Assembly: GCF_963506605.1 (NCBI RefSeq)
Contig: NC_083277.1
Location: 4,030,001-4,094,000, forward strand
Source: Zootoca vivipara
Taxonomy: Eukaryota
Direction of reading: 5' to 3'
Length of the DNA: 64,000 nt
Part shown: piece by piece, positions 23,337-36,072 of the stretch
How the letters are laid out: each line of letters begins with the position of its first letter
Position numbering within the stretch: position 1 is the first letter of the stretch
Position numbers and translations under genes: made by a program
The notes under the pieces: generated by a model
Told to the model about the DNA's origin: nothing
Databases searched by the model: none
The model's input: the letters and a program-made list of their open reading frames with translations, nothing else

Positions 23337-24789
23337 TTTCAGCCACATGCATTGTCGAGAAGGCCATGAAGTGTCACACAGGCCTATTGGAGGCAGCCTC
23401 AGCATGGATGCCACCCCAAACACCACCACGAGAGGGTTCACCACCACCACCACATCCCTCAGCTCAGTGACAAAGAACATTTACAGCAGAACTTTCCCTT
23501 CAGTTGACAGAAGCAATTCCTTGGATCCCTGCTTGGAGTGTAGAATGACTTACTGCAATCTTTAGCTAAAACATGATATAAAGGTATAAGTGTCAGCAGC
23601 AAACTCAGACCTATTTCTTCATTGTGCGTCAGTACGGCGCCATCTGGGCTCATTAGAGAAACTTCTTTTAGCCCTCGAAGGCGATTGTGGCAACATTTAA
23701 AATCCTGTCATTCGGGTTTTTTCTCAAAGAGGAATATTAAGAGCTGAGAAGGGCACAGAAATGGGGTCTTGGCTGGACCTATAATGAGCTCGAAGTGTCG
23801 ACTGTGAGGACTAGGGTGATGTATTTGTGATTTTTTTGGTTTGGGACTGCAGAGTGGAGGAGGGAAAACACAGGACCTTTTGAAAAGGGCTGGCAGTCTT
23901 TGAAAACAGACAAAAGGACGGCCTAATATGGTCACACTCTTATCTATGGAAGCATGTTGTGTGGAAAAAGCAGGGAAAGGCCTGAACATCATGTGCTGCT
24001 TGTGAACTCCTGCAAGTTTCTGGCTTGTGCTCTTGAAGATGAGATGGTGCCCTTTCATGGACCTTGGGCCAGATCCTGCAAAGCAGTTATTGAAAGAGGG
24101 CCAGGATTCATTGCTTTTGTTTTGTAGCCGTTGGGTAATTTGATTGTAGTTGGTAATGAAGCATTTCATTTCTTTGCTTCAGGTGTGTCCAACCTTTTCT
24201 TGTAACTTGTAGATGGATTAATGCATTATCTTCGAGCATTATTATGGGGGTCAGAGTAATACATTTTGTTACGTGTGTGTTGGTGAAGTTACCTTTGAGT
24301 GGAAAGCTGGACTATAATCAGACAAACCTATAAAGGCACATGCGCAAACACACATGCATACTCAGGAATAATAGTGTTCATTGCTTTAAAATCCCTGGAG
24401 GAGGAGGAAGCAACATGCCTTGAGTTAATTCCCACATATTGTTGGTTACAAGCAGAAGTCAAGCCAACTAATTCAGATTAACACCATCAGCTTCTGTCTA
24501 TCTTTTTTTTGGGGGGGTGGTCCCATGCATCCCCCCCAAAAAAACCTTTCTGGAACCGTCTCTTTCCTTCCCCTCCTCTTTTCCTAACCTTGGGGGGGAT
24601 AGCATCTCATGCACGCAGCACAATCACATTCTTCCCAGTTTTTCAATTGGAGAAGGGCTCTTTCTCGTTTCTGCCCCTCCCTTGGAAGTACCCTCTAAGA
24701 CTGCAGAGCTTATTTAGGGATCCCTCTGTTGTGCAAACTAAAAGCAGGGAACTGCATGGATTCCGTGATCTCCGTAATAATGCAGAAGT

Positions 24790-25351
24790 AAGCAGAGACA
24801 TCACCTTGCCGACAAAGGTCCATATAGTTAAAGCTATGGTTTTCCCAGTAGTGATGTATGGAAGCGAGAGCTGGACTATAAAGAAGGCTGATCGCCGAAG
24901 AATTGATGCTTTTGAATTATGGTGCTGGAGGAGACTCTTGAGAGCCCCATGGACTGCAAGAAGATCAAACCTATCCATTCTGAAGGAAATCAGCCCTGAG
25001 TGCTCACTGGAAGGACAGATCCTGAAGCTGAGGCTCCAATACTTTGGCCACCTCATGAGGACTCCCTGGAAAAGACCCTGATGTTGGGAAAGATTGAGGG
25101 CACTAGGAGAAGGGGACGACAGAGGACGAGATGGTTGGACAGTGCTCTCGAAGCTACCAACATGAGTTTGACCAAACTGCGGGAGGCAAAACAAAATAAA
25201 AAAATCCTTCCAGTAGCACTTAGAGACCAACTAAGTTTGTCATAGCATACCTATGTGCATGCACACTTAGTGGAACACAGGAGTGCCTGGCGTGCTCTGG
25301 TCCATGGGGTCATGAAGAGTCGGACATCACTAAATGACTAAACAACAACAA
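24790..25351 (+). mobile_element. BovB (RTE) 3' fragment interrupted by a Penelope piece (about 25190-25268)
   Basis: SRDITLPTKVHIVKAMVFPVVMYGSESWTIKK matches 42880-43367; (CAA)n end. Confidence 0.9.
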
Positions 25352-25524
25352 AGTCCTACTCCTTTGTCATCCATCTACAAGTTGCAAGGAGAACGTGGGA
25401 CACCGCTGGAAAAAAAGAAAGGGAATGCACAATTACTAAAAACATTTTAAAACAAATTTATAAGCAATGCCATGAATCCTAGCGCGCTAGAAACGACCAA
25501 GGGTCTGTGTAAAGGAGCCATCTG

Positions 25525-25757
25525 TGGCTCAAGCCTTACCTCGCATCAAAAAAAAAAAATCCACACAGGAGAGAAATCATATAGATGTTTGGAGTGTGTA
25601 AGGAGCTTTGCCCATGGAATTAGCCTTACTTTACGCAAGAGAACCCATGTAAATGCTTGGAATGTGGAGAGAGCTTCCGCTCTCCGCTCACATCGGAGAA
25701 CTCATATCGGTGAAAAGCCATATAAATGTTTGGAGCGTGGAAAGCGCTTCAGCAATG
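25525..25757 (+). pseudogene. Zinc-finger pseudogene fragment related to G4
   Basis: [40 protein letters not shown]..., similar to about 34730-34975, with lost ligands and deletions. Confidence 0.75.
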
Positions 25758-26029
25758 CTCAGACAGCTGAAGGGGGGGGCGGACTCTTCCCTCCTTGACG
25801 TCAACCGCCCCTCCCCACAAATGCAAATCCTCCTTCTCTCCGCCCCCTCCCCCATCTCCCACTCCCATTTTGTTGCACCTTTCCGTCCCCTGCGCACCCA
25901 AGGCTCCTTCTCTCCACTTCCCATAAATATCTCTGTGACGTTTTCTTTTCTCCAAAAGCCTGAGAGCAAGCAAGTAAGAAACGTTTGCATTTTGGAAATC
26001 CCCCCAGGTTCCCCACCCCGGCCCAGTTA

Positions 26030-26160
26030 GAGGGGAGGACTTCCGGGGAGGGGCAGAAGCGTGCGCGCGCGGGAACGAGAGAGAGAATCCCCATTTGAAA
26101 AGCTGCGCGGGAGGCGATTGTGCTGCGCGCAGGAGATGCTGCTTTCCACACACCCCCAAG
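26030..26160 (+). promoter_or_regulatory. Putative promoter and non-coding first exon of G4
   Basis: CpG-rich; GACTTCCGG ETS-like site; CATTTGAAAAGCTGCG.GGGAGG shared with 38306-38330; caag|gttagg donor. Confidence 0.55.
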
Positions 26161-26676
26161 GTTAGGAAAGGGGCAGTTCCAGAAAGGAGGAGGGGGGAGA
26201 TGCAGGGGACCACCTCAAATTCAGCTCAAAGAAAGTTGCAAATGGATGGTTGTGCAGCCGGCTCCCCAGGAAAGGAGGAGCAAGGCGAGGCAGGAGAAGA
26301 AGCGGATTTGGGAGGTATGGCGGGGAAGGATGCGCAGCTAAGGGAGAGAGGCAGGATGGCTCTGGGAGGAGGAGGAAGGCAGGTGCTGTTTGGAAAAGGA
26401 GGGGGGGTCTGTGCTGTGTAGGAAGGGCTGGAGACCACCCAGTATTTGGTCCCTGCTAGCTCGCATAAGGACAAGATGGTTGGACAGTGTTGTCGAAGCT
26501 ACGAGCATGAGTTTGACCAAGCTGCGGGAGGCAGTGGAAGACCGGAGTGCCTGGCGTGGTCTGGTCCATGGGGTCACGAAGAGTCGGACACGACTAAACA
26601 ACAACAACAGCTCGCATCAGAAAAGGACTGGTGGAGCCTGTGCTCTGCGTGCTCACCTCCTGGGGTCTGCAGGTAG

Positions 26677-26822
26677 CATCATAGAATTGCCTAGTTGGAA
26701 GGGACCTTGAGGGTCATCTAGTTCAACCCCTTGCAATGCAGGAAAGTTTGGCCCAACATGGGGCTCAAACCCCATGACCCTGAGATTAAGAGTCGGATGC
26801 TATATACGCCGACTGAGCCACA
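26677..26822 (-). mobile_element. tRNA-Lys-headed SINE with CR1-like 3' tail (Squam2-like)
   Basis: Minus strand GCTCAGTCGG...GACTCTTAATCTCAGGGTC...GAGCCCCATGTTGGGC then GGGGTTGAACTAGATGACC...CCTTCCAACT; related copy at about 33000-33098. Confidence 0.65.
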
Positions 26823-27044
26823 CATCAGCGCTGAAACCCTGAACAGTGAGGGGAAAGAGAGGAGGAGGAATGGAAGGGAGGCAGCTATGTTACAGCTCCA
26901 GGATGGCAGAGGGGTAAAAAAATGAAAGCTTCTTTCTTGTAAAGAAGCTGGTAAAATGCGGTCTAGACAATGCTACCATTCAGTGGATTTGTAACTGGCT
27001 GACTGACCAAACCCAAAGGTCAGTCAGCCCTTCTGGAAGAGAAG

Positions 27045-27941
27045 GTGCAGCAGCTTCAGGGGCGTGTATCTACGCTCCAGAGAATTAAAGAGCTGGAGCT
27101 TTTCTTGGATGCAGCAGAGCACACTGTCTGCACCAAGGAGGAGACAGGGGATCTCCCTGAGGAGGAGGTCAGTTCCCCAACACAGCAGCCAGATGTATGG
27201 AGGAACGTGACTCATAGAAGTAGAAGGCCCAGGGATCGCTCTGAGTGCTTAGAATTACACAACCGTTTTGAAGTGCTCATGGAAGACGAGGAACAGACTC
27301 CACCTGAGGATCTCTCCCTCATCACAGTTGATGAGGAATATGAAGACGAGCAACCAAGTCAGTCCTCTGGAAATATGCAGGTAACCTTGGAAGGGACAGC
27401 ACATAGAAGTATCCCAACCAAGCCTATGAAGAGGCGTGTAGTGGTGATTGGGGATTCCCTACTGAGGGGTACAGAAGCAGTGATCTGTGGGCCTGACAAG
27501 ATGTCTCGAGAGGTGTGCTGTCTACCTGGGGCCAAGATCAAAGATGTAACAGAACGGCTGCAAGGAATCATAAAACCCACCGACAAATACCCCTTCCTTT
27601 TGGTGCATGTGGGAACCAATGACACTGCAAGCCATAGCTTACAGAAGATCAAAAATGATTATGAGGCTCTGGGCAGGAAGTTGAAGCAATTAGATGCACA
27701 AATTGTCATCTCTTCTGTCCTCCCAGTTGAACGACATGGCCCAGGGAGAGAGGGAAAAATAGGGGAAGTGAACAACTGGCTTCGCAAATGGTGCAAACAG
27801 GAACGGTTTGGATTCCTAGATCACGGTCTGCAGTTTCTTGAAGATGGACTTCTGGCAAGTGATGGACTGCACCTCACAAAAGTTGGGAGGAATGTTTTTG
27901 CCACAAAACTCAAAAACCTCATCAGGAGGGCTTTAAACTGA
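27045..27941 (+). CDS. CR1 ORF1 (5'-truncated; coiled coil and SGNH esterase-like domain)
   Basis: [17 protein letters not shown] and DGLHL motifs. Confidence 0.88.
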   Translation: MQQLQGRVSTLQRIKELELFLDAAEHTVCTKEETGDLPEEEVSSPTQQPDVWRNVTHRSRRPRDRSECLELHNRFEVLMEDEEQTPPEDLSLITVDEEYEDEQPSQSSGNMQVTLEGTAHRSIPTKPMKRRVVVIGDSLLRGTEAVICGPDKMSREVCCLPGAKIKDVTERLQGIIKPTDKYPFLLVHVGTNDTASHSLQKIKNDYEALGRKLKQLDAQIVISSVLPVERHGPGREGKIGEVNNWLRKWCKQERFGFLDHGLQFLEDGLLASDGLHLTKVGRNVFATKLKNLIRRALN

Positions 27942-27946
27942 CTTAT

Positions 27947-30868
27947 GTGGGGGAGGGAGACAGTGGTCCTGAAGGTAGGAGTCTATCAAATGCTGAAGAT
28001 GATCATCCAAATGTCAAGGACCAAATGGAGCAAGCAGCATGCAGACCTAGTGGTGGGACGAAAATATCCTTAAATAAGAGACATGGGGGAATGATCAACG
28101 GTCTTCAATGTCTGTATACTAATGCACAGAGCATGGGAAATAAACAAGATGAACTTGAGCTCTTGGTACAGCAAACTAAATATGACATAATAGGCATCAC
28201 TGAAACCTGGTGGGATGAGTCTCATGACTGGAATGTAGTAATAGAGGGATACAATCTATTTAAGAGAAATAGACCAAACAGGAAAGGAGGAGGAGTAGCT
28301 TTATATGTTAGGGATATGTATACCTGTGAAGAGATCCAGGATTTAAAACTTCAAAGCCAAATTGAGAGTATCTGGGTCAAAATTAAGGGAGAGAAAAACA
28401 ACAGTGACCTCATTGTGGGAGTTTACTATAGATCCCCAAGCCAAACTGAGGACACAGATGATGCCTTCCTGGAACAGATGGCCAAGCATTCCAAAGGAAG
28501 TGAGATAGTAGTAATGGGGGATTTCAACTATCCTGATATTTGTTGGATGTCAAACTCAGCCAAGAGCATAAGGTCGAACAGATTCCTCACTGGCCTTGCA
28601 GACAACTTCATTGTCCAGAAAGTGGGAGAAGCAACAAGAGGATCAGCCATTTTAGATCTGGTCCTAACCAATAGTGATGACTTGGTTAGTGGGGTAGAAG
28701 TGGCAGGATCATTAGGTGGGAGTGACCATGCTCTTCTGGAGTTTATTATCCAGCGGAAAGGAGCAACCAAGCATACTAAGGTCCAAATTCTAGACTTTAA
28801 AAAAGCCGACTTCAGAAAACTTAGGGAAACGCTGGGTGAAATCCCATGGACAGTAATACTAAAAGGGAAGGGAGTTCATGATGGTTGGGAGTTTGTTAAA
28901 AGGGAGATATTAAAAGCACAACTTCAGGCAATACCAATGAGACGGAAACATGGAAGGTGCCTAAAGAAGCCAGGCTGGCTATCTAAAGAACTTTTGACTG
29001 AGTTAAGATTTAAAAGGGATATGTACAAAAAATGGAAAAGGGGGGAAATCTCCAGAGAGGAATTCAAACATATAGCCAGCACGTGTAGAGACAAAGTCAG
29101 AAAAGCTAAAGCACAGAATGAACTCAGGCTCGCCAGAGAGGTTAAAAGCAACAAAAAGGGCTTTTATGGGTATGTCCGTAGCAAAAGGAAAAACAAGGAA
29201 ACAGTGGGGTCACTCAGAGGAGAAGATGGTGAAATGCAAACAGGGGACAGAGAAAGGGCAGAACTCCTCAATGCCTTCTTTGCCTCAGTCTTCTCCAAGA
29301 AAGAAAACAACGCCCGACCTGAAGAATATGGAGCAGATGATTCAGCAGGGGAAACACAGCCCAGAATAAGTAAGGAGGTAGTACAAGAATACTTGGCTAG
29401 TTTAGATGTATTCAAGTCTCCAGGGCCAGATGAACTACATCCAAGAGTATTAAAAGAACTGGCAGAGGTGATTTCAGAACCACTGGCAATAATCTTTGAA
29501 AATTCCTGGAGAACAGGCGAAGTTCCAGCAGACTGGAGGAGGGCAAATGTTGTCCCTATTTTCAAAAAGGGGAAAAGAGAGGACCCAAACAATTACCGCC
29601 CAGTCAGCCTGACATCAATACCAGGAAAGATTCTAGAGCAGATCATTAAGCAAACAGTCTGTGAGCACCTAGAAAGAAACTCTGTGATCACTAAAAGTCA
29701 GCATGGGTTCCTGAAAAATAAGTCATGTCAGACTAATCTGATCTCATTTTTTGACAGAATTACAAGCCTGGTAGATGAAGGGAACGCTGTGGATGTAGCC
29801 TATCTTGATTTCAGCAAGGCCTTTGACAAGGTGCCCCATGATATTCTTGTAAAGAAGCTGGTAAAATGTGGGCTAGACAATGCTACCATTCAGTGGATTT
29901 GTAGCTGGCTTACTGACCGAACCCAAAGGGTGCTCATCAATGGCTCCTCCTCATCCTGGAGAGTAGTGACTAGTGGGGTGCCACAGGGTTCTGTCTTGGG
30001 CCCAGTCTTGTTCAACATCTTTATCAATGACTTGGATGATGGGCTTGAGGGAATCCTGAGCAAGTTTGCAGATGACACCAAGTTGGGAGGGGTGGCTAAC
30101 ACCCCAGAGGACAGGATCACACTTCAGAATGACCTTAACAGATTAGACAACTGGGTCAAAGCAAACAAGATGAATTTTAACAAGGAGAAATGTAAAGTAC
30201 TACACTTGGGCAAAAAAAATGAAAGGCACAGATACAGGATGGGAGACACCTGGCTTGAGAGCAGTACATGTGAAAAGGATCTAGGAGTTTTGGTTGACCA
30301 CAAACTTGACATGAGTCAGCAGTGTGATGCAGCAGCTAAAAAAGCCAATGCAATTCTGGGCTGCATCAATAGGAGTATAGCATCTAGATCAAGGGAAGTA
30401 ATAGTACCACTGTATTCTGCTCTGGTCAGACCTCACCTGGAGTATTGTGTCCAGTTCTGGGCACCACAGTTCAAGAAGGATACTGATAAGCTGGAACGTG
30501 TCCAGAAGAGGGCAACCAAAATGGTCAAAGGCCTGGAAACGATGCCTTATGAGGAACGGCTTAGGGAGCTGGGTATGTTTAGCCTGGAGAAGAGAAGGTT
30601 AAGGGGTGATATGATAACCATGTTCAAATATATAAAAGGATGTCATATAAAGGAGGGAGAAAGGTTGTTTTCTGCTGCTCCAGAGAAGCGGACACGGAGC
30701 AATGGATTCAAACTACAAGAAAGAAAATTCCACCTAAACATTAGGAAGAACTTCCTGACAGTAAGAGCTGTTCGGCAGTGGAATTTGCTGCCAAGGAGTG
30801 TGGTGGAGTCTCCTTCTTTGGAGGTCTTTAAGCAGAGGCTTGACAGCCATCTGTCAGGAATGCTTTGA
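27947..30868 (+). CDS. CR1 ORF2: AP endonuclease and reverse transcriptase, uninterrupted 973 codons
   Basis: YTNAQS, GITETW, GDFN, SDH endonuclease motifs; [25 protein letters not shown] motifs. Confidence 0.95.
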   Translation: MGEGDSGPEGRSLSNAEDDHPNVKDQMEQAACRPSGGTKISLNKRHGGMINGLQCLYTNAQSMGNKQDELELLVQQTKYDIIGITETWWDESHDWNVVIEGYNLFKRNRPNRKGGGVALYVRDMYTCEEIQDLKLQSQIESIWVKIKGEKNNSDLIVGVYYRSPSQTEDTDDAFLEQMAKHSKGSEIVVMGDFNYPDICWMSNSAKSIRSNRFLTGLADNFIVQKVGEATRGSAILDLVLTNSDDLVSGVEVAGSLGGSDHALLEFIIQRKGATKHTKVQILDFKKADFRKLRETLGEIPWTVILKGKGVHDGWEFVKREILKAQLQAIPMRRKHGRCLKKPGWLSKELLTELRFKRDMYKKWKRGEISREEFKHIASTCRDKVRKAKAQNELRLAREVKSNKKGFYGYVRSKRKNKETVGSLRGEDGEMQTGDRERAELLNAFFASVFSKKENNARPEEYGADDSAGETQPRISKEVVQEYLASLDVFKSPGPDELHPRVLKELAEVISEPLAIIFENSWRTGEVPADWRRANVVPIFKKGKREDPNNYRPVSLTSIPGKILEQIIKQTVCEHLERNSVITKSQHGFLKNKSCQTNLISFFDRITSLVDEGNAVDVAYLDFSKAFDKVPHDILVKKLVKCGLDNATIQWICSWLTDRTQRVLINGSSSSWRVVTSGVPQGSVLGPVLFNIFINDLDDGLEGILSKFADDTKLGGVANTPEDRITLQNDLNRLDNWVKANKMNFNKEKCKVLHLGKKNERHRYRMGDTWLESSTCEKDLGVLVDHKLDMSQQCDAAAKKANAILGCINRSIASRSREVIVPLYSALVRPHLEYCVQFWAPQFKKDTDKLERVQKRATKMVKGLETMPYEERLRELGMFSLEKRRLRGDMITMFKYIKGCHIKEGERLFSAAPEKRTRSNGFKLQERKFHLNIRKNFLTVRAVRQWNLLPRSVVESPSLEVFKQRLDSHLSGML

Positions 30869-32164
30869 TGGTGTTTCCTGCTTGGCAGGGGGTTGGACTG
30901 GATGGCCCTTGTGGTCTCTTCCAACTCTATGATTCTATGATTCTATGATTCTATGGTGCTCATCAATGGCTCCTCCTCATCCTGGAGAGTAGTGACTAGT
31001 GGGGTGCCACAGGGTTCTGTCTTGGGCCCAGTCTTATTCAACATCTTGATCAATGACTTGGATGATGGGCTTGAGGGCATCCTGAGCAAGTTTGCAGATG
31101 ACACCAAATTGGGAGGGGTGGCTAATACCCCAGAGGACAGGATCACACTTCAAAATGACCTTGACAGATTAGACAACTGGGCCAAAGCAAACAAGATGAA
31201 TTTTAACAAGGAGAAATGTGAAGTACTACACTTGGGCAGAAAAAATAAAAGGCAGAAATACAGGATGGGTGACACCTGGCTTGAGAGCAGTACTTGTGAA
31301 AAGGATCTAGGAGTCTTGGTAGACCACAAACTTGTCATGAGTCAACAGTGTGATGCAGCAGCTAAAAAAGCCAATGCAATTCTGGGCTGCATCAATAGAT
31401 CAAGGGAAGTAATAGTTCCACTGTTTTCCGCTCTGGTCAGACCTCACCTGGAATACTGTGTCCAGTTCTGGGCACCACAGTTCAAGAAGGATACTGACAA
31501 GCTGGAACGTGTCCAGAAGAGGGCAACCAAAATGGTCAAAGGCCTGGAAACGATGCCTTATGAGGAACGGCTTAGGGAGCTGGGTATGTTTAGCCTGGAG
31601 AAGAGAAGGTTAAGGGGTGATATGATAGCCATGTTCAAATATATAAAATGATGTCATATAGAAGAGGGTGAAAGGTTGTTTTCTGCTGCTCCAGAGAAGC
31701 GGACATGGAGCAATGGATACAAGCTACAAGAAAGAAGCTTCCACCTAGACATTAGGAAGAACTTCCTGACAGTAAGAGCTGTTTGGCAGTGGAATTTGCT
31801 ACCAAGGAGTGTGGTGGAGTCTCCTTCTTTGGAGGTCTTTAAGCAGAGGCTTGACAGCCATATGTCAAGAATGCTTGATGGTGTTTCCTGCTCGGCAGGG
31901 GGTTGGACTGGATGGCCCTTGTGGTCTCTTCCAACTATGATTCTATGCTGTTTTTAATGGTGGTGGGAAGAAGATCCTCTTTCAGGCATAACTCCACTGT
32001 CCTCCCATGGTGAGGTTCAGGAGGGGAGTGCTCCTCTTTTATCATGGAAACGACAAGTGGGAGCTCCACGCCTAGGCAGGCTTATCATTCAGCGACAAAA
32101 CATTTTGGGCAGGAAAATGCCTGCAGGGCCTCTGAGGCTCCCTTTGCTTCTACCTCCCTCCCAG

Positions 32165-32328
32165 AAAACTGCAGCTTCTGAGCTCCTCCGGAAGGATGGA
32201 AGAGGCTGATCCTGCAAAGGTAGCGAGGATGGAAGGAGGAAGATGGATGGTAGACCTGGTCAGGCTGTCTCCTGCATTCCTCCCAACGACCTCCAAGCTT
32301 TCCCTCCCAGGACCCTCAGTGAGATCGG
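32165..32328 (+). CDS. G4 N-terminal exon 2a (ATG 32196): MEEADPAKVARMEGGRWMVDLVRLSPAFLPTTSKLSLPGPSVRS
   Basis: cttctacctccctcccag acceptor; G|gtgagt phase-1 donor; in frame with exon 2b and the finger exon. Confidence 0.7.
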
Positions 32329-32603
32329 GTGAGTGGCAGGGAATGGAGAGGGGGACCTGGAGGGATGTTGGTAGTGAGGAAGCTCCTCGGGAAGAAAACG
32401 AGGAAGGGTACAGGGCCAGAGCTCCAGGCTAGCAGAGATAAATGGTAGAAAGAAAGGAAAGGATTTTTTTTATTGGTGGTGCAAAGAAGGTTCTGTTGGG
32501 GACTGTTGCCTCATTTGGGCTTCTTCAGGGGCAGGGGAATATCTAGGGCAGGAGAATCCCTGCAGGTCCTCTGAGGCTCCCTTTGCTTCTTTTCCCGTCC
32601 CAG

Positions 32604-32753
32604 GAAAATGCTTCCTGAGCTCCTCAGCAAGGATAAAAGAAACTGATCCCACAAACCGAGTGAGGATGGAAGGAGGAGGATGGACGGTTGACCTGGTCAG
32701 GCTGTCTCCCGCCACCTCTGAGTGTTCTCTCCCAGGACCTTCAGAGACATCTG
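32604..32753 (+). CDS. G4 exon 2b, tandem copy, 150-nt symmetric phase 1-1 exon
   Basis: tttcccgtcccag acceptor; open frame KCFLSSSARIKETDPTNRVRMEGGGWTVDLVRLSPATSECSLPGPSETS-G|gtgagt. Confidence 0.65.
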
Positions 32754-33401
32754 GTGAGTTCCAGGGAATGGAGATGTGGGACCTGGGGAGATGTTGGGAG
32801 TGAGGAAGCTCCTCTGGCAATAAAACAAGGAAGGGCCGCAAGGTAGAAAGAAAGGAGTCTTTTTAATGGTGTTGTGTCGAGGATTCGTTTTCAGGCATGA
32901 CTCCTTCTTTCTTCTCTGGTGGGCTTCAGGAGGAAGACAGCCCTCTTTTAGCATGGAAACTGTGAGCGGGAGCTCTACACATAAGGAGGCTTCCACAGCC
33001 TAGTTGGTAGCCTCACCTTGGGCAAAAGATTCCTGCATTGTAGGGGGTTGGACTAGATGACCCTCATGGTCCCTTCCAACTCTGTGATTTTATGATTCAT
33101 CCAGGATTGGTTTGACCCATGGGGTGAGAATTTGGGTGCATTTTCACAGCATCTCTCTCCTCCTCCTAGCTTGCTTTCTTTGTAAGAGCTTATATGGGAT
33201 GTTGAATCAGTCCCACCCCCACTAGATGCAGCACATCAAAGGCCCACAATCATCTCAGAATTAATGGGCATTCTGGAAATAATATCATACTGTATTTATT
33301 AGAAACAGGGAGACAGAAAGATGACACCGGGGAGAGTTAGCCATGATTAAAAACCATCCCTTCGCTTTGTTCTCCTTTGGCAAATGGGGGACTGAAAAGA
33401 C

Positions 33402-33537
33402 CAGGCATCCCCAAGCTGCGGCCCTCCAGATGTTTTGGCCTACAGCTCCCATGATCCCTAGCTAACAGGACCAGTGGTCAGGGATGATGGGAATTGTAGT
33501 CCAAAACATCTGGAGGGCCGAAGTTTGGGGATGCCTG
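33402..33537. mobile_element. 136-bp hAT MITE
   Basis: Perfect TSD GAAAAGAC. Confidence 0.9.
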
Positions 33538-33617
33538 GAAAAGACTCCTCAGCAAGGAGCACTGTTGCGTTTTCAGCAACCAGTTGAGAGGGGCTTCCAA
33601 GTCTGGCTGGGATTGTA

Positions 33618-33620
33618 ATA

Positions 33621-33668
<48 letters not shown>

Positions 33669-34010
33669 TTATTATTTATATCCCACCTCTCTGGCTGGGT
33701 TTCCCCAGCCACTCTGGGCTGCTCTGCTTCCAACAGAAAAATAAAACACAGTAATCTTTTGAACATTAAAAGCCTCCCTAAACAGGGCTGCCTTCAGATG
33801 CCTTCTAAAAGTCTGGTAGTTGTTTTCCTCTTTGACATCTGGTGGGAGGGCGTTCCACAGGGCGGGTGCCACTACCGAGGCGGTTCTCTGCCTGGTTCCC
33901 CGCAACTTGGCTTCTTGCAATGAGGTAACTGCCAGAAGGCCCTCGGCACTAGACCTCAGTGTCCGGGCAGAACGATGGGGGTGGAGATGCTCCTTCAGGT
34001 ATACTGGACC
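33618..34010 (-). mobile_element. L2-clade LINE 3' fragment
   Basis: Same family 3' end, (AAT)n on the plus strand. Confidence 0.85.
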
Positions 34011-34055
34011 GTAATGGGGATTATGCTCTTAATTGGGATCTTCTCTTAGTTTCAG

Positions 34056-35365
34056 CAGGTGGTGGACAGGACAGTTGTTCCCGGGTCTCATCAGACATAA
34101 CCAAGCGAGATGAAGGCATTCTTGCGCAGCCTGATGACAGCCCTAAAATCCCTGCCCATGCAAAACACCACCAGGGAGAGAAAACAAATCAGTGCCCATT
34201 GTGTGGCAAAGCTTTCAGAAGCAAAGCTAGCCTCAACTCACATTGCACAATCCACACGGAGGAGAAAGCACACAAAGGCTTGGAGTGTGGAAAGACTTTC
34301 CCTGAGTGTTCACAACTTACTGTATACGAGCGAATCCACACAGGAGAAAAACCGTTTATATGCTCGGAGTGTGGAAAGGGCTTTAATAGTAGCAGCGCCC
34401 TCAGGAAACATTGTGGAATTCACAAGCCGGAAAAACCATCTAAATTCTTGGAGTGTGGAAAAGGCTTCCGTCACTGCTCACACCTTAAAGTGCATCAAAA
34501 CATTCACACAGAGAAGAAGTCATGTGCTTGTCTAGAGTGTGGAAAGGCCTATACTAACAGCTCAGGCCTTGTATATCATCAAAAAAGTCACACAGGGGAG
34601 AAACCGTATTCCTGTTTTGACTGCGGAAAGAGTTTCCGTTGCAGCACAGGTCTTCAAACTCATCAAAAAATCCACACAGGAGAGAAGCCATATAAATGTT
34701 TGGATTGCGGAATGAGCTTCGCTCACAGCTCGAGCCTTACATCTCATCAAAAAATTCACACCGGGGAGAAATCATATAGCTGTTTGGAGTGCGGAAGAAA
34801 CTTTGCCCATCTAATTAGCCTTACTTTACACAAGAGAACCCACACAGGGGAGAAACCATATAAATGCTTGGAATGTGGAAAGAGTTTCCGTCAGAGTGCA
34901 CACCTTAGTTCACATCGGAGAACTCATACCGGTGAGAAGCCATATAAATGCTCAGAGTGTGGAAAGAGCTTCAGTCAGAGTTCACACCTTACTGTGCATT
35001 TGCGATACCATACAGGGGAAAAACCATATAAGTGTGTGACGTGTGGAAAGGGTTTCTGTACTCACACAGAACTTATTTGCCATCGCAGGATCCATACAGG
35101 GGAGAAGCCATATAAGTGCTTTGAGTGTGGAAAGAGCTTCAGCCAGGGTATTAGCCTTCGTATACATCAAAAAATCCACAGAGGTGAAAAACCGTATGCA
35201 TGTTTTGAGTGTGGAAAGAGCTTTGGCCAGAGTTCAAGCCTTAGCGTACATATGAGAATTCACAGAGGGGAAAAGCCGTATTCTTGTTTTGAATGTGGAA
35301 AGACCTTTACTTGCAGCTCAGCTCTTCGTTCTCATCATAAAACACACGTGGGAAAGAAACCCTAA
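34056..35365 (+). CDS. C2H2 zinc-finger protein G4, finger exon (12 intact and 2 degenerate fingers)
   Basis: NAGNAG acceptor (ttcagcag), phase 1; open to stop at 35365. Confidence 0.95.
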
Positions 35366-36072
35366 AGATGCTTGCAATATAGTAGAAAATTTGGTTTATA
35401 ACCATTCAAAGAATTCATAGAAGCAAGAAGCCACAACAAACTCACACCAAGTTAAAAGTATTCACATTTTTCTCTGAAAATATAAGAGGCTGTGTCTGTT
35501 CTAGCCAGCAGCAAAGCTCAAGATCTGTTTCTCTCGTTCTTGGGTGTCTGTAGTGCATCTCAGAAGCCCCCTCAGGCCATTGTGACAGCATTTCAAATCC
35601 TGTGAGTCCTTCTGTTCTTTTCTCAAAAGAGGAATTCAAGAAGCTGAGCGAGTCACAGAAAAGAACTGGAGGATGTTGACTGTAAGGAACAGCTTTGAAT
35701 ATACAGTAGACGAAAGGAAGGACTAATATTTTCAAACTCTGTATGAAAGTATCTAATCTGGAAAAAGAACATGGACAGGCCCAAACATTCATGTGCTGCT
35801 TGTCAACTCCAGCAGGGTTTGGGCTGGTGCTCCTGGAGACAAGATGGCTCCTTCTCAAAGACCCTTGGTCGTTTCCAGTGAACTAGTTCATTAAGTAAAG
35901 AGGGCCAGGATTTATTGATTTGTTTTGTAATAGCCGGGTAGTTTAGAAATGTTGATAGTGATTGTGCATTCCCTTTCTTTGTTCCAGCGGTGTCCCACGT
36001 TCTCCTTGCACCTTGTAGATGGATGACAAAGGAGTAGGAATTACTCCTGTATTATTAAGGGAATCACGGAAT

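Larger units (their letters stand above)
26934..31947 (+). mobile_element. Composite CR1: older fragment (26934-27019 plus 30956-31947) split by a younger near-full-length CR1 (27020-30955)
   Basis: ACCCAAAGG (ends 27019) + GTGCTCATC (starts 30956) restores the RT sequence seen at 29921-29938; (ATTCTATG)n tails. Confidence 0.92.

Noticed and set aside
26748-26820. tRNA-Lys(CTT)-like sequence on the minus strand
   Set aside because: Stems are disrupted and it is fused to a CR1-like tail, so it is a SINE head rather than a tRNA gene.
32329-32432. ORF continuation past the module exon (EFQGMERGTWGDVG...)
   Set aside because: It follows a consensus GTGAGT donor, and C-termini and stops vary between copies; treated as intron, although retention is possible.
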